From: a virus
Lineage: Duplodnaviria > Caudoviricetes
IMG/VR virus record: IMGVR_UViG_3300038808_000065
Coordinates: 1-25,965 of that record
Strand: one strand, 5' to 3'
DNA length: 25,965 nucleotides
Shown here: positions 7,565 through 16,406 of the stretch, in pieces
How positions within the stretch are numbered: the first letter of the stretch is position 1
How the letters are laid out: every line of letters begins with the position of its first letter
The notes under the pieces: model-generated
What the model was told of the DNA's origin: nothing
What the model saw: only the letters and a program-made list of their open reading frames with translations
Database searches by the model: none
Made by a program: the position numbers and the translations under genes

Positions 7565-8431
7565 ATGTCCAAGCTGTCCAAGCCCTTCCGCCTCGCCACC
7601 GAAGGCGCGACCTGTGACGGTCGCACCATCTCGCGTCAGGACATCGTCGATATGGCGGCGACCTACGTTCCGGCGACCTACACCGCCAACAGCAACCTCG
7701 AACACATCCGTGGCTATTCGCCCGAAACGCCGTTCTGCGCCTATGGGGATGTCGTCGCCCTCTCCACCGCCGATGTTACCCTGTCGGTCGGCGGCAAGGA
7801 TGAGAAGCGCCTCGCCCTCTATGGCCAAGTCAACGCCACCGACGAGCTGATCGCGCTCAACGCGAAGAAGCAGAAGCTTTACCCGTCGATCGAGATCAAC
7901 CCGAACTTCGCCGGCACCGGCAAGGCATACCTTCAGGGCCTCGCCTTCACCGACAGCCCGGCATCGCTCGGCACCGAAATCATGAGCTTCGCCGCAGGTC
8001 AGGGGGAAGCCAATCCCTTCAACTCACGCAAGCTCGCGCCGGGCAATTTCTTCAGTGCGGTGGACGAGGGTGTAAAGCTCGATTTCGTGGAGCCGGAGGC
8101 ACCCAGCGATGCGACAAGCATGTTCGCGGCGCTGCTCAAGACCTTCTTTAAGAGCGAGACACCTGCCGCCCTGCCAGCGCCGCCCGTACCGCCTGTTGCG
8201 CCGACCCCGCCCGCTCCGCCGCCCACCAACGACAACATGAGCGCCGGTCTGGCGCAACTGGTCGAGGGCATCACCAAGCTCAGTGAAAAGGTCGACGGCC
8301 TCGGCACCCGGCTTGCCACCGTCGAAGGCGCGCAGACCCGGTTCTCCGCCCAGCTCGACAACACCGACGCCAGCACCAGCCGCCGCCCGCCCGCGGACGG
8401 CCGCGGCAACTTCGCCAAGTCCGATTTCTGA
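7565..8431 (+). CDS. gpO: Capsid scaffolding protein (P2 gpO)
   Basis: SKPFRLATEGATCDGR, NLEH, YGDV, QKLYPSIE, GKAYLQGLAFTDSPASLGTE; ATG 7565 with upstream GGAG. Confidence 0.95.
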   Translation: MSKLSKPFRLATEGATCDGRTISRQDIVDMAATYVPATYTANSNLEHIRGYSPETPFCAYGDVVALSTADVTLSVGGKDEKRLALYGQVNATDELIALNAKKQKLYPSIEINPNFAGTGKAYLQGLAFTDSPASLGTEIMSFAAGQGEANPFNSRKLAPGNFFSAVDEGVKLDFVEPEAPSDATSMFAALLKTFFKSETPAALPAPPVPPVAPTPPAPPPTNDNMSAGLAQLVEGITKLSEKVDGLGTRLATVEGAQTRFSAQLDNTDASTSRRPPADGRGNFAKSDF

Positions 8432-8493
8432 CGCGCGCATAGCCCGCCAGCCCGTCGCCCCAGCCACCACCCCGATCCCCGGAGACCCGTAAC

Positions 8494-9516
8494 ATGGGCA
8501 TGCGTAACGACACCCGCGAACTACTCGACGAATATCATGCCGACGTAGCGCGCATGAACGGCGTCACGAAGATCGAGAAATCGTTCAACGTGGCACCGTC
8601 GATCCAGCAGAAGCTGGAAACCAAGGTGCAGGAATCGAGCGCCTTCCTGTCGCAGATCAACATCCTCGGCGTCGACGACATGGAAGGGGCGACCGTCGGC
8701 CTGTCGATCGGCGGCATGATCGCCGGCCGTACCGACACCAGCGGCAACGGCCGCCGCGAGACACGCTCCGTCCACGGCCTAGAAGAGAACCGCTACAAGG
8801 TCACGCAGACCAACTTCGACACCCACATCACCTACAACCAGCTCGACGTCTGGTCGCGCTTCCCCGACTTCCAGACGCGGATCGCGGGCGCGATCGTCGA
8901 GCGTTGCCAGCTCGATCGCATCGCGATCGGCTTCAACGGCACCCGTGCCGCCGCCACTACCGATCGCACCGCCAACCCGCTCGGGCAGGATGTCAACATC
9001 GGCTGGCTGGAGCGCATGCGCACCGAAAACCAGATCCGCGTCATGGACGAGGGCAAGGTGGCCGGAAAGGTCCAGGTCGGCGCGGGCGGCGACTATGCGA
9101 CGCTCGACGCGCTGGTGTGGGATGCGGTGCAGACGCTGCTGCCGAGCTGGGCCAAAGGCCGCACCGATCTGGTCGCGATCTGCGGCGCGGGTCTGCTGCA
9201 CGACAAGTATTTCCCGCTCATCAACGCGGACGAAAAGCCGACCGAACAGATCGCCCGCGACCTCATCATGTCGTCGAAGCGCCTCGGCGGCCGGCAGGCG
9301 GCGGAAGTGCCGTTCTTCCCCGAGGACGCGGTCCTGATCACGCCGTTCAAGAACCTGTCGATCTACTATCAGAACGGCAAGCGTCGCCGCTACGTGCAGG
9401 AAAACCCGGCGCGCGACCGGATCGAGGACTTCAATTCGTCGAACGAAGGCTATGTCGTCGAGGATTACGACTTCGCGTGCATGGTCGACAACATCGAAAT
9501 CCTGCCGGCGGCCTGA
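8494..9516 (+). CDS. gpN: Major capsid protein (P2 gpN)
   Basis: MRNDTR, FNVAPSIQQKLE..QESSAFL, LDRIAIGFNG, QDVNIGWL, NLSIYYQ, SSNEGYVVED. Confidence 0.97.
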   Translation: MGMRNDTRELLDEYHADVARMNGVTKIEKSFNVAPSIQQKLETKVQESSAFLSQINILGVDDMEGATVGLSIGGMIAGRTDTSGNGRRETRSVHGLEENRYKVTQTNFDTHITYNQLDVWSRFPDFQTRIAGAIVERCQLDRIAIGFNGTRAAATTDRTANPLGQDVNIGWLERMRTENQIRVMDEGKVAGKVQVGAGGDYATLDALVWDAVQTLLPSWAKGRTDLVAICGAGLLHDKYFPLINADEKPTEQIARDLIMSSKRLGGRQAAEVPFFPEDAVLITPFKNLSIYYQNGKRRRYVQENPARDRIEDFNSSNEGYVVEDYDFACMVDNIEILPAA

Positions 9517-9520
9517 TCCG

Positions 9521-10270
9521 ATGGCGATGTCTCCTGCCAAGCTCCACCTCGCGCGCGCTGCGGCGCGCGCGGGATCGGCCCCCGCCAGCGTATCGCGCCC
9601 GTCGATCGCGGCGACCGAAGAGTATCTGCTCCAGCGGGCGGCGCTCGGCGTCGATCTGCGCACCCTGCGCGAGATCCAGTCGCAGGAGCGCAAGATCGAG
9701 GCGAAGCGCACCATGCTGCCGGCCTACGAGCCGTGGATTGCTGGCGTGCTGGAGGCGGATGCCGCCGGCAAGGGCGGCGCGCAGGACGATATCGTCACCC
9801 ATGCCATGATCTGGCGCATCGACGTTGGCGACTTCGCGGGTGCCATCCCGCTCGCTGAATACGTGCTGCGCCACAACCTCATTCTGCCCGAGCGGTTCGA
9901 ACGCACCGCGGCAACGCTAATCGCCGAAGAAACAGCCGAATCGGCGTTCAAGGCGCTCGGGCAGGATACCGATTTCGACGTGGATGTTCTCCGCCGCGTC
10001 GATGATCTGGTCGACATCTACGACATGCCCGATCAGGTCCGCGCCAAGCTGGAAAAGGCGATCGGCCTGCACCTCGCGCGGCAGGCCGATCGGCTCGAAG
10101 CCGATGCGGACGGAGTCGCCGGCGGCAAGCGTGCCGCCTACGAGGTCGCCGCCCGCCATCTCCGCCGTGCGCAGGATTTGAACACATCCGCCGGCGTGAA
10201 GAAGGAAATCAACCGCGTCGAGCGCGAGATCCGCAAGCTGGTCGATACGGCCGGTAACGAGGAAGCCTGA
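9521..10270 (+). CDS. gpM: Terminase small/endonuclease subunit (P2 gpM)
   Basis: MSPAKLH, IQSQERKIEAKR..LPAYEPW, QDDIV..MIWRIDVGD, DMPDQVRAKL.KAIG, GVKKEI. Confidence 0.93.
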   Translation: MAMSPAKLHLARAAARAGSAPASVSRPSIAATEEYLLQRAALGVDLRTLREIQSQERKIEAKRTMLPAYEPWIAGVLEADAAGKGGAQDDIVTHAMIWRIDVGDFAGAIPLAEYVLRHNLILPERFERTAATLIAEETAESAFKALGQDTDFDVDVLRRVDDLVDIYDMPDQVRAKLEKAIGLHLARQADRLEADADGVAGGKRAAYEVAARHLRRAQDLNTSAGVKKEINRVEREIRKLVDTAGNEEA

Positions 10271-10272
10271 CC

Positions 10273-10527
10273 ATGTCGATCTTTCCAACCGTATTGTTCG
10301 TGCTGATCCTCGCGATCCTTGTCCTCGATCTGGTCGTGTTTCTGCCCCGCGCGCGTCGTACACGCGATGTTATTTTCTTGCACGGGATTGACCAAGTCGG
10401 CGTAGGGCGCGCCCGATTGCACAACGACAAGGCTGATATCCGGCGGGAGTATCGCCGCTTAGGGCTCCCCGACCCCATCATCCTCGTCGCGCCGGAAGGT
10501 GCGACCATCCGGCGCGAGACGCGCTGA
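10273..10527 (+). CDS. Hypothetical small membrane-anchored protein inserted between M and L
   Basis: 84 aa; starts 2 nt after the M stop with GAGGA upstream; N-terminal 24-aa hydrophobic segment followed by a basic RARR stretch. Confidence 0.65.
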   Translation: MSIFPTVLFVLILAILVLDLVVFLPRARRTRDVIFLHGIDQVGVGRARLHNDKADIRREYRRLGLPDPIILVAPEGATIRRETR

Positions 10528-10613
10528 TCAGCTCGCCCCGCGAGCGCTCGGGGGGCGGAGCTGATCGAACGCCGGCCACGTGCCGATAGCGCCAGGTTTC
10601 TCCCCACCCCCCG
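10526..10613 (+). promoter_or_regulatory. GC-rich RNA structure upstream of L
   Basis: Hairpin GATCAGCTC (10526-10534)/GAGCTGATC (10558-10566) with inner GCCCC/GGGGC; alternative pairing of CGGGGGGCGG (10549-10558) with CCACCCCCCG (10604-10613). Confidence 0.5.
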
Positions 10614-10636
10614 CCAGCTCGCTTTCAGGATCGCCC

Positions 10637-11110
10637 ATGGCCGCTTTTGTTTCGACCCCGCCGGCCTCCAGCCCGGCACCGCCCGCGGCGGCCGACACCA
10701 TCGGCAACGATGGCTGGTTCCCGTCGATGTCGATCGCGGCCACCCGCCAGATCCTCAACGTCACCACCGCCATCCCTGACAGCCGCGTCCGCGACGCGAT
10801 TGTTGGCGCGATGCTGGCGATCAACCGTCAGCTCCGCCCGTGGAAGGCCAGCGCCGCCGCAGCGTCGCTTGCCGAGGTCGAACAGGAGCGGATCGACGGC
10901 CACGGCCGCTTTGTCGAGCTGTACGAGCGCGCGGTACGAGCCGAGGCCGCGGCGATCCTTGCCGACCTCAACCCCGATCTGTCCGCCACCGACAGCGGCC
11001 GCAAGCGCGAAGAGGGTGAAGAGGCTCCCGCCGATCATCACCGGCGCATCGCGACCCACTGCGTGCGCGATATCCTCGGCAAGGGGCGGACCAAGGTTCG
11101 CCTCATATGA
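10637..11110 (+). CDS. gpL: Head completion/stabilisation protein (P2 gpL)
   Basis: TIGNDGWFPSMS, YERAV, VRDILGKGRTKVRLI; position after M; CAGGA SD. Confidence 0.9.
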   Translation: MAAFVSTPPASSPAPPAAADTIGNDGWFPSMSIAATRQILNVTTAIPDSRVRDAIVGAMLAINRQLRPWKASAAAASLAEVEQERIDGHGRFVELYERAVRAEAAAILADLNPDLSATDSGRKREEGEEAPADHHRRIATHCVRDILGKGRTKVRLI

Positions 11111-11319
11111 CGATCACAGCCCGCGCCCTCAAAAACGAGCCGCTAGACGCGCTGGTCTGGCGCATCACGGGCGGCGGCCCGGCCGTCGTCGAAGCCACCC
11201 TGCTGCTCAATCCCGGCCTCGCCGCGCTCGGCGCGGCGCTTCCGGCCGATCACCCGGTCGTGCTGGCTGACACCACCACCGCCCCCGACGAGCTGTCGCT
11301 CGTCCAGCTCTGGGACTGA
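11107..11319 (+). CDS. gpX: Tail protein X (LysM-like)
   Basis: LDALVWR..G, VEATLLLNPGLA..G..LP, VQLWD C-terminus. Confidence 0.93.
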   Translation: MTITARALKNEPLDALVWRITGGGPAVVEATLLLNPGLAALGAALPADHPVVLADTTTAPDELSLVQLWD

Positions 11320-11321
11320 CG

Positions 11322-11675
11322 ATGGACAAGCTCCTGCACGAGGCGTTCGAAACGATCCTCTCCTTCCTGATCAGCCTGCTGCCGTCTGCGCTCGGCGCGA
11401 CAGTAAGCATGATGGTCGACGACGGCATCACATGGTCAAAGATGTTCGCCCGTCTGTGGGTCGGCATTGTCGTCAGTTATTTCGTGAAGGGCGCACTGAT
11501 CGCGCTGCTGGCGCTGCACCCGTTCGTCACCGACGCGGTCAGCTTCCTTACCGGCATGGTCGCATACAAGTCGGCACCCGGCTTCATCGCCGCATGCAGC
11601 ACCGTCCTTGCCGAGCTTCCCGGTCAGTTGCGCGACCGCGCGCTGGCGTTCCTCCCCAAGAAGGATGGCAAGTGA
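11322..11675 (+). CDS. Holin
   Basis: 117 aa, 2-3 hydrophobic segments, charged C-terminus (PKKDGK), located between X and the endolysin. Confidence 0.75.
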   Translation: MDKLLHEAFETILSFLISLLPSALGATVSMMVDDGITWSKMFARLWVGIVVSYFVKGALIALLALHPFVTDAVSFLTGMVAYKSAPGFIAACSTVLAELPGQLRDRALAFLPKKDGK

Positions 11676-12187
11676 TGACGATCGCCGCAAAGCCCCCCGC
11701 ACCCGTCAAGCGCAAGACGCTGGTCGCCATCGTCGGGGCGGCAGCCGCACTCATGGTGACCCCGCTGGTCGCGAAGTGGGAATCGGGTGGCAAGGATCAC
11801 CTCGTTGCCTACCGCGACATAGTCGGGATCTGGACGATCTGCGACGGCGTAACGGCAGGCGTAAAGCCGGGCATGACGGAAACCAAAGCGGGTTGCGAGG
11901 CGCGACGTGAGGCGGAGCTGGTCAAGCATGCGGAGCCGGTTCTGGCCTGCGTGCCCGGCTTGAAGGGACACCCTCACCAGATCGCCGCATCGGTCAGCCT
12001 CGCCTATAACATCGGCACCGCCGGCTTCTGTCGATCGACCGCAGCACGCCGCTTCAACGCCGGCGACTGGCGCGGCGGCTGCGATGCATTCCTCGCGTGG
12101 AACAAGGCTGGCGGCAAGGTCGTGAATGGTCTCGCCCGGCGTCGCGAGGATGAGCGCCGCCTCTGCCTGACGGAGTTGCCCCGATGA
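11675..12187 (+). CDS. Endolysin, GH24 lysozyme with SAR-like N-terminus
   Basis: TGATG overlap with holin; KRK followed by Ala/Val-rich LVAIVGAAAALMV; WES...YRDIVGIWTICDG, SLAYNIG..FCRST, WNKAGGKVVNGLARRR. Confidence 0.92.
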   Translation: MTIAAKPPAPVKRKTLVAIVGAAAALMVTPLVAKWESGGKDHLVAYRDIVGIWTICDGVTAGVKPGMTETKAGCEARREAELVKHAEPVLACVPGLKGHPHQIAASVSLAYNIGTAGFCRSTAARRFNAGDWRGGCDAFLAWNKAGGKVVNGLARRREDERRLCLTELPR

Positions 12188-12654
12188 TCAAGAAACTGCT
12201 CGCCAAGGTGCGGGCCGAAGCCACCTTCCTCGTCCTGCTCGCCGTCGCCGGCGTCGGTGCATATCTCTACGTCCAGTTTCAGCAGGTCCGCGCCGATCGC
12301 GACGATCTGCTGCACCGGGCCGAGGTGATCTGCGCCCGTGCCGGGCAGGATTTTGCCGCCAGCGCGAAAGCACCACGCGGCACGGTCTGCGCCATCGCGG
12401 TTGCTGGCCTGTCCGGTTTCAAGGCGAACAGTGACCAGCTCACCGCCAAGACCCTCGCCGATGCCATGGCCGCGCATGACGCGCGTCAACTCACCGACAC
12501 CCAGGCGGCCCGCGCCGCGGCCGAGGCCGCCCGCACCGCCGCCCAGCGTATGGAGATCGCAGATGCGCAAGCTGAACGTCGCAACCTTGTCGATCGCGAC
12601 TGGTTCGCTGCTGTTAATGGCGTTGCCGGGCTGCGCCCTGCGACCGCCCGTTAA
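12184..12654 (+). CDS. Inner-membrane spanin (LysB/Rz-like)
   Basis: N-terminal TM (FLVLLAVAGVGAYLYV), Ala-rich helical periplasmic part, follows endolysin, overlapped by a lipoprotein gene. Confidence 0.8.
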   Translation: MIKKLLAKVRAEATFLVLLAVAGVGAYLYVQFQQVRADRDDLLHRAEVICARAGQDFAASAKAPRGTVCAIAVAGLSGFKANSDQLTAKTLADAMAAHDARQLTDTQAARAAAEAARTAAQRMEIADAQAERRNLVDRDWFAAVNGVAGLRPATAR

Positions 12655-12892
12655 GGTGGAAGTGCCGGTGCCCGTCGCGGTGCCGGTGAAGGACACGCCC
12701 CCGGCCGAACTGCTGCGGTGCGCCGATCGGCCCGCCGGCCTGCCCGAAGATCCCGATCTGGTGGCGCAGATCCCGACGCGTGCGCGTGCCGGCATCATCC
12801 GGCTCGCGCGCGCCTTTGGTGCCAATGCCAGCCAGCTCGACCGGCTGATCGATTGGGCCACCCCCGGCACCTGTTCGAAAGCCGGCAAATGA
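12563..12892 (+). CDS. Outer-membrane spanin lipoprotein (LysC/Rz1-like)
   Basis: GGAG SD and ATG at 12563 inside the i-spanin; signal peptide with lipobox LPGC; Pro-rich (PPAELLRC), ends QLDRLIDW..C. Confidence 0.82.
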   Translation: MRKLNVATLSIATGSLLLMALPGCALRPPVKVEVPVPVAVPVKDTPPAELLRCADRPAGLPEDPDLVAQIPTRARAGIIRLARAFGANASQLDRLIDWATPGTCSKAGK

Positions 12893-13329
12893 GGAAGCCC
12901 GATAGCCTGCGAGCTGCCCTGACGGCCGCGGTGCCATCGCTGATGACGAACCCGGCGCAGCTCAAGATCTGGCTCGACAACGGGCGCGTCCAGTCGCTGG
13001 GTCGAGGCGGACCCGCCGCTATGGAATACAGCTACAAGCTGTCGCTCCTGCTCACCGACTTCGCCGCGGACGAACCGCATACCCTGTTCGGCGCAATCGT
13101 CGCTTGGCTGGCGGTAAACCAGCCAGATGTACTCCTGCGGCCACTCGATCCAGCCAGCGCGATCACCTTCGAAATCGAGGTGATGAGCGATACCAAGGTT
13201 GATATCCTCGTCACACTCAACCTCAACGAAGTGGTACGTGAGGACGCAGCCGGGGCCATTGTGACCCTGCCGGAACCGGCGCTCGACAACGGCGATCTGC
13301 TCGCGCCGGGCGCGATCCTCCACCCATGA
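12889..13329 (+). CDS. gpR: Tail completion protein (P2 gpR)
   Basis: MRKPDSLRAAL..AVP, LKIWLDNG, EYSYKL, WLAVNQPD, LNEVV..EP. Confidence 0.92.
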   Translation: MRKPDSLRAALTAAVPSLMTNPAQLKIWLDNGRVQSLGRGGPAAMEYSYKLSLLLTDFAADEPHTLFGAIVAWLAVNQPDVLLRPLDPASAITFEIEVMSDTKVDILVTLNLNEVVREDAAGAIVTLPEPALDNGDLLAPGAILHP

Positions 13330-13796
13330 GCGATTTCACCGACATCGAGCTGCGCATCGCGCGCCTGATCGATCAGGTGACCCCGGCGGGTCGAGCCGCC
13401 CTCGCCCGCAAGCTGGCGGCCGATCTGCGCAGATCGAATGCCCAGCGCATCCGCGACAACGTCGAACCCGATGGCGAAGCGATGGAACCGCGTCGCCCGC
13501 GGCAGCAGGGAAAGAGTTTACGCGAGCGTATCGGTCCCGCCGCGTTGCGCCGCGAGGCGATGTTCGCCCGCGCCGGAGGTGCCAAGTTCCTCCGCGCTCG
13601 GGCCACACCCGAGGGCGCGCAGATCGGCTTCACTGGCGCGACAGCGCGGATCATGAGGGTCCATCAGCTTGGTCTGCGTGATAAGGTGAATGCAAATGGC
13701 CAGACGGTCTCCTACCCCGTGCGCGAGATCCTCGGCATCTCGGATGGCGATCGTGGGCGGCTGCTCGACCTCATAGCCGCCAGCTTCGACACCTGA
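13326..13796 (+). CDS. gpS: Tail completion/virion morphogenesis protein (P2 gpS)
   Basis: LRRSNAQRI..NVEPDG..MEPR, MF, IGF.G..ARIMRVHQLG, YPVREILG. Confidence 0.92.
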   Translation: MSDFTDIELRIARLIDQVTPAGRAALARKLAADLRRSNAQRIRDNVEPDGEAMEPRRPRQQGKSLRERIGPAALRREAMFARAGGAKFLRARATPEGAQIGFTGATARIMRVHQLGLRDKVNANGQTVSYPVREILGISDGDRGRLLDLIAASFDT

Positions 13797-13801
13797 CGGC
13801 C

Positions 13802-13826
13802 TGTTGTAGCGCGACGGCGTACAACA
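13802..13826. promoter_or_regulatory. Late-promoter activator box 2 (upstream of J)
   Basis: TGTTGTA-N11-TACAACA. Confidence 0.8.
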
Positions 13827-13870
13827 ACCGCCGCTAGCCACCCGCGCGCGTGGCGAACGACATGGCGGCG

Positions 13871-14770
13871 ATGGCCTCGCTTTCCGCATCCACATCCGTC
13901 GATCTGTCGCGCCTCGATCCGCCGACAATCGTGGAACAGCTCGATTACGAGACGATCCTCGCGCGCCTCGTCGCCAAGGTGCAGGAGCTGCTCCCGTCCT
14001 TCGACGCGACGGTCGATAGCGAACCGATGGTCAAGCTCTTGCAGGTCGCCGCTTATGAGCAGTTCCTGCAGCGGCAGGACTTCAATGAACGCCTGGTCGG
14101 TCGGCTTGTCGCCTTTGCCACCGGTGCGACCCTCGACCATATCGGCGCATCGATCGGCGTCGCCCGCCTCGTCGTCACGCCTGCGAACAACACGACCGGT
14201 GCCGCGGCGGTCTATGAGGACGATAACAGTTTGCGCCAGCGTATCGTCCTCGGCCCGGAAGGCTTCGCGGCGGCAGGGCCGGAACTCGCCTATGTGAAGC
14301 ACGCGAAGGACGTCAGCGGTGCCGTGCTGGACGCCAGCGCCACCTCGCCGGCACCCGGCGAAGTCGAGGTGGCCGTGCTCGCGCGCGATGGCGACGGCAC
14401 CGCGTCGCCCGAGCTGCTCGCGATCGTCCGCGCCAAGGTGACCGACCGCGCCGTTCGCCCCCTCGGCGACCTCGTCACGGTCATCACCGCGCAGCAGCGC
14501 CGCTACGTGATCACTGCACGGATCTTCACGTTCGCAGGGCCTGATGCCGCAATCGTGCTCGCCGCATCGCGTGCCAAGCTCGACCGCTACCTTGCCGCGC
14601 AACGCCTGCTCGGTCGCGACATCACCATGTCCGGCCTGTATGCCGCGCTGACGGTGGAAGGCGTCCAGCGCGTCGAGATCTCCGCGCCCACCGCCGATGT
14701 CGTCTGCGACCTGTCCGAGGCGGCGCTCTGCACCGCGATCGACCTGACCCATGGCGGCTATGCTGAATAG
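13871..14770 (+). CDS. gpJ: Baseplate assembly protein (P2 gpJ)
   Basis: VDLSRLDPPTIVEQLDYETIL, SEPMVKLL, EDDNSLRQR, AAGPELAY, SPAPGEV, VRPLGDLV; alternative start 13862. Confidence 0.95.
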   Translation: MASLSASTSVDLSRLDPPTIVEQLDYETILARLVAKVQELLPSFDATVDSEPMVKLLQVAAYEQFLQRQDFNERLVGRLVAFATGATLDHIGASIGVARLVVTPANNTTGAAAVYEDDNSLRQRIVLGPEGFAAAGPELAYVKHAKDVSGAVLDASATSPAPGEVEVAVLARDGDGTASPELLAIVRAKVTDRAVRPLGDLVTVITAQQRRYVITARIFTFAGPDAAIVLAASRAKLDRYLAAQRLLGRDITMSGLYAALTVEGVQRVEISAPTADVVCDLSEAALCTAIDLTHGGYAE

Positions 14771-15413
14771 CCTGCTCCCGCCGAACGCGACCAAGCTGGA
14801 ACGGGCGCTGGAGCATGGCGCGCGGCCTGAATCGCTGGTGACGCCGGTAGACGTGATCGACGATCCGCTTACCAGTCCGGCCGAACTGCTGCCGTGGCTG
14901 GCCTATGGCCTGTCCGTCGACACATGGGATGCGGACTGGTCGGAGGCCGCCAAGCGCGACGCGGTTGCCAGCTCGATCGAGATGCACCGGCGCAAGGGCA
15001 CCCGCCTGTCGGTCGAGAGCGTCCTCGCCCGGTTCGATGAGCTGGTGCAGCTCGTCGAGTGGCACGAGGCGGAGCCGCGCCGGCCGGCGCATACCTTCGA
15101 CGTGATCCTGCCGATGGTGACACCGGCCGGCGTCGCTCCCGGCGGACGCCGCGCCACCGCCGCCTTTGCCGACGACATCATCCGCGAGGTCGCCCGCGTG
15201 AAACCGCTTCGCGAGCATATGCGCATGGTGCAGCAGATCCTCACCGCCGGTGCGGTCGGCCTGCAAGGCATCCTGCGGGTGCTGACCTACGTCCGCGACG
15301 ACGCAAACCTGACGTTCGACACCTCTCCCGATTGGGCGTTCTACCTTCAGACCGAAGATGGCGAACCGATCGAGGACGCACCGACCGGCACCTATCTGGA
15401 CACGCGGCCATGA
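14760..15413 (+). CDS. gpI: Tail/baseplate protein I (P2 gpI)
   Basis: SLLPPNATKLERAL, LLPWLAYGLSVDTWD..W, HRRKGT, EW.E, VKPLREH. Confidence 0.94.
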   Translation: MLNSLLPPNATKLERALEHGARPESLVTPVDVIDDPLTSPAELLPWLAYGLSVDTWDADWSEAAKRDAVASSIEMHRRKGTRLSVESVLARFDELVQLVEWHEAEPRRPAHTFDVILPMVTPAGVAPGGRRATAAFADDIIREVARVKPLREHMRMVQQILTAGAVGLQGILRVLTYVRDDANLTFDTSPDWAFYLQTEDGEPIEDAPTGTYLDTRP

Positions 15414-16402
15414 TCCCACTGAAGCTCGTCATGACCACCGCCGGCCTCGGGCGGTTTACCGCCGCGCAGACCGACAACGGCGTCGACCTGACCGTTACCG
15501 AGGTCGGCTTTTCCGCGGCGAACTTCGTCGCCGCACCGACGCTGACGGCGTTGCCCGGCGAGTTCCGCCGCGTCTCGACCGTGTCAGGCGAGACGGCAGG
15601 GCCGAACCTCGTCCACATGACGGTGCAGGACGATACGCCGGACACCTACACGGTGCGCGGCTTCGGCCTGTTCCTTGGCGATGGCACGCTGTTCGCCACG
15701 TACAGCCAGCCGCAGGTGATCGCCGAAAAGTCGTCCAACGCGATGCTGGCGCTCGTCATCGACATCGCGTTCCCCGATGCCGGCGTAGAAAACATCACCT
15801 TCGGCAGCACCGACTTCCTCAACCCGCCAGCCACGGCCGAGCGCAAGGGCGTGGTCGAGCTGGCCACGCTGGCGGAGGCAAAGGCCGGCGATCCCGACCG
15901 CGTGACCACCGGCGAGATCGTCAAGGCGATGCTCACCGATGCGCTGCCGATCGGCACGATCACCTTATGGTTCGGAGCGGTCGCGCCCGCCGGCTGGGCG
16001 ATCTGCGACGGAAGCGAGGTCGAAAAGGCCGATGGCACCGGCACGATCACGCTGCCGGATCTGCGCGGCCGGGCAGCGGTCGGCGCCTCTGGCGATCACG
16101 GGCTCGGCTTGGCGTTCGGCGAGAGCATCCGCTCGATCGATACGCGCATGGCCGGTGGCCACAACCATGACGTTTCGGTTTTCGTCAGCCGGTCGAGCAC
16201 CGAAGCGGCCGTAAACACGACCAGCCGCAACGTGGATGCCGGCGGTTCGGCTGGTGGCGTCCTCACGTCGGCAACGCTTGCCGATCCAGGCCACTCCCAT
16301 TCGACCGACGTCACGGTCAGCGCGGCAGGATCGCACGCGCACGCCGTCGAGATCGACGTGACGCAGCCGTCTCTCGCCCTCCACTACATCATGAGGCTGT
16401 AA
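15410..16402 (+). CDS. Tail fibre protein (gpH-like N-terminus plus collar domain)
   Basis: ATGA overlap with I; TTAG N-terminal baseplate-binding region, ATAERKGVVELAT, collar motif PIGTITLW..APAGWAICDG..LPDLRGR, HxH repeats (HNH, HSH, HAH). Confidence 0.88.
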   Translation: MIPLKLVMTTAGLGRFTAAQTDNGVDLTVTEVGFSAANFVAAPTLTALPGEFRRVSTVSGETAGPNLVHMTVQDDTPDTYTVRGFGLFLGDGTLFATYSQPQVIAEKSSNAMLALVIDIAFPDAGVENITFGSTDFLNPPATAERKGVVELATLAEAKAGDPDRVTTGEIVKAMLTDALPIGTITLWFGAVAPAGWAICDGSEVEKADGTGTITLPDLRGRAAVGASGDHGLGLAFGESIRSIDTRMAGGHNHDVSVFVSRSSTEAAVNTTSRNVDAGGSAGGVLTSATLADPGHSHSTDVTVSAAGSHAHAVEIDVTQPSLALHYIMRL

Positions 16403-16406
16403 CGCC

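Noticed and set aside
8160-8230. Pro/Ala-rich low-complexity stretch in gpO
   Set aside because: Ordinary flexible linker in scaffold proteins, not a DNA repeat element
11432-11674. N-terminal extensions of track ORFs for lysozyme, O, M, L, o-spanin, R and tail fibre
   Set aside because: They overlap upstream genes or promoters; internal ATGs with stop/start overlaps or SD sequences match family N-termini
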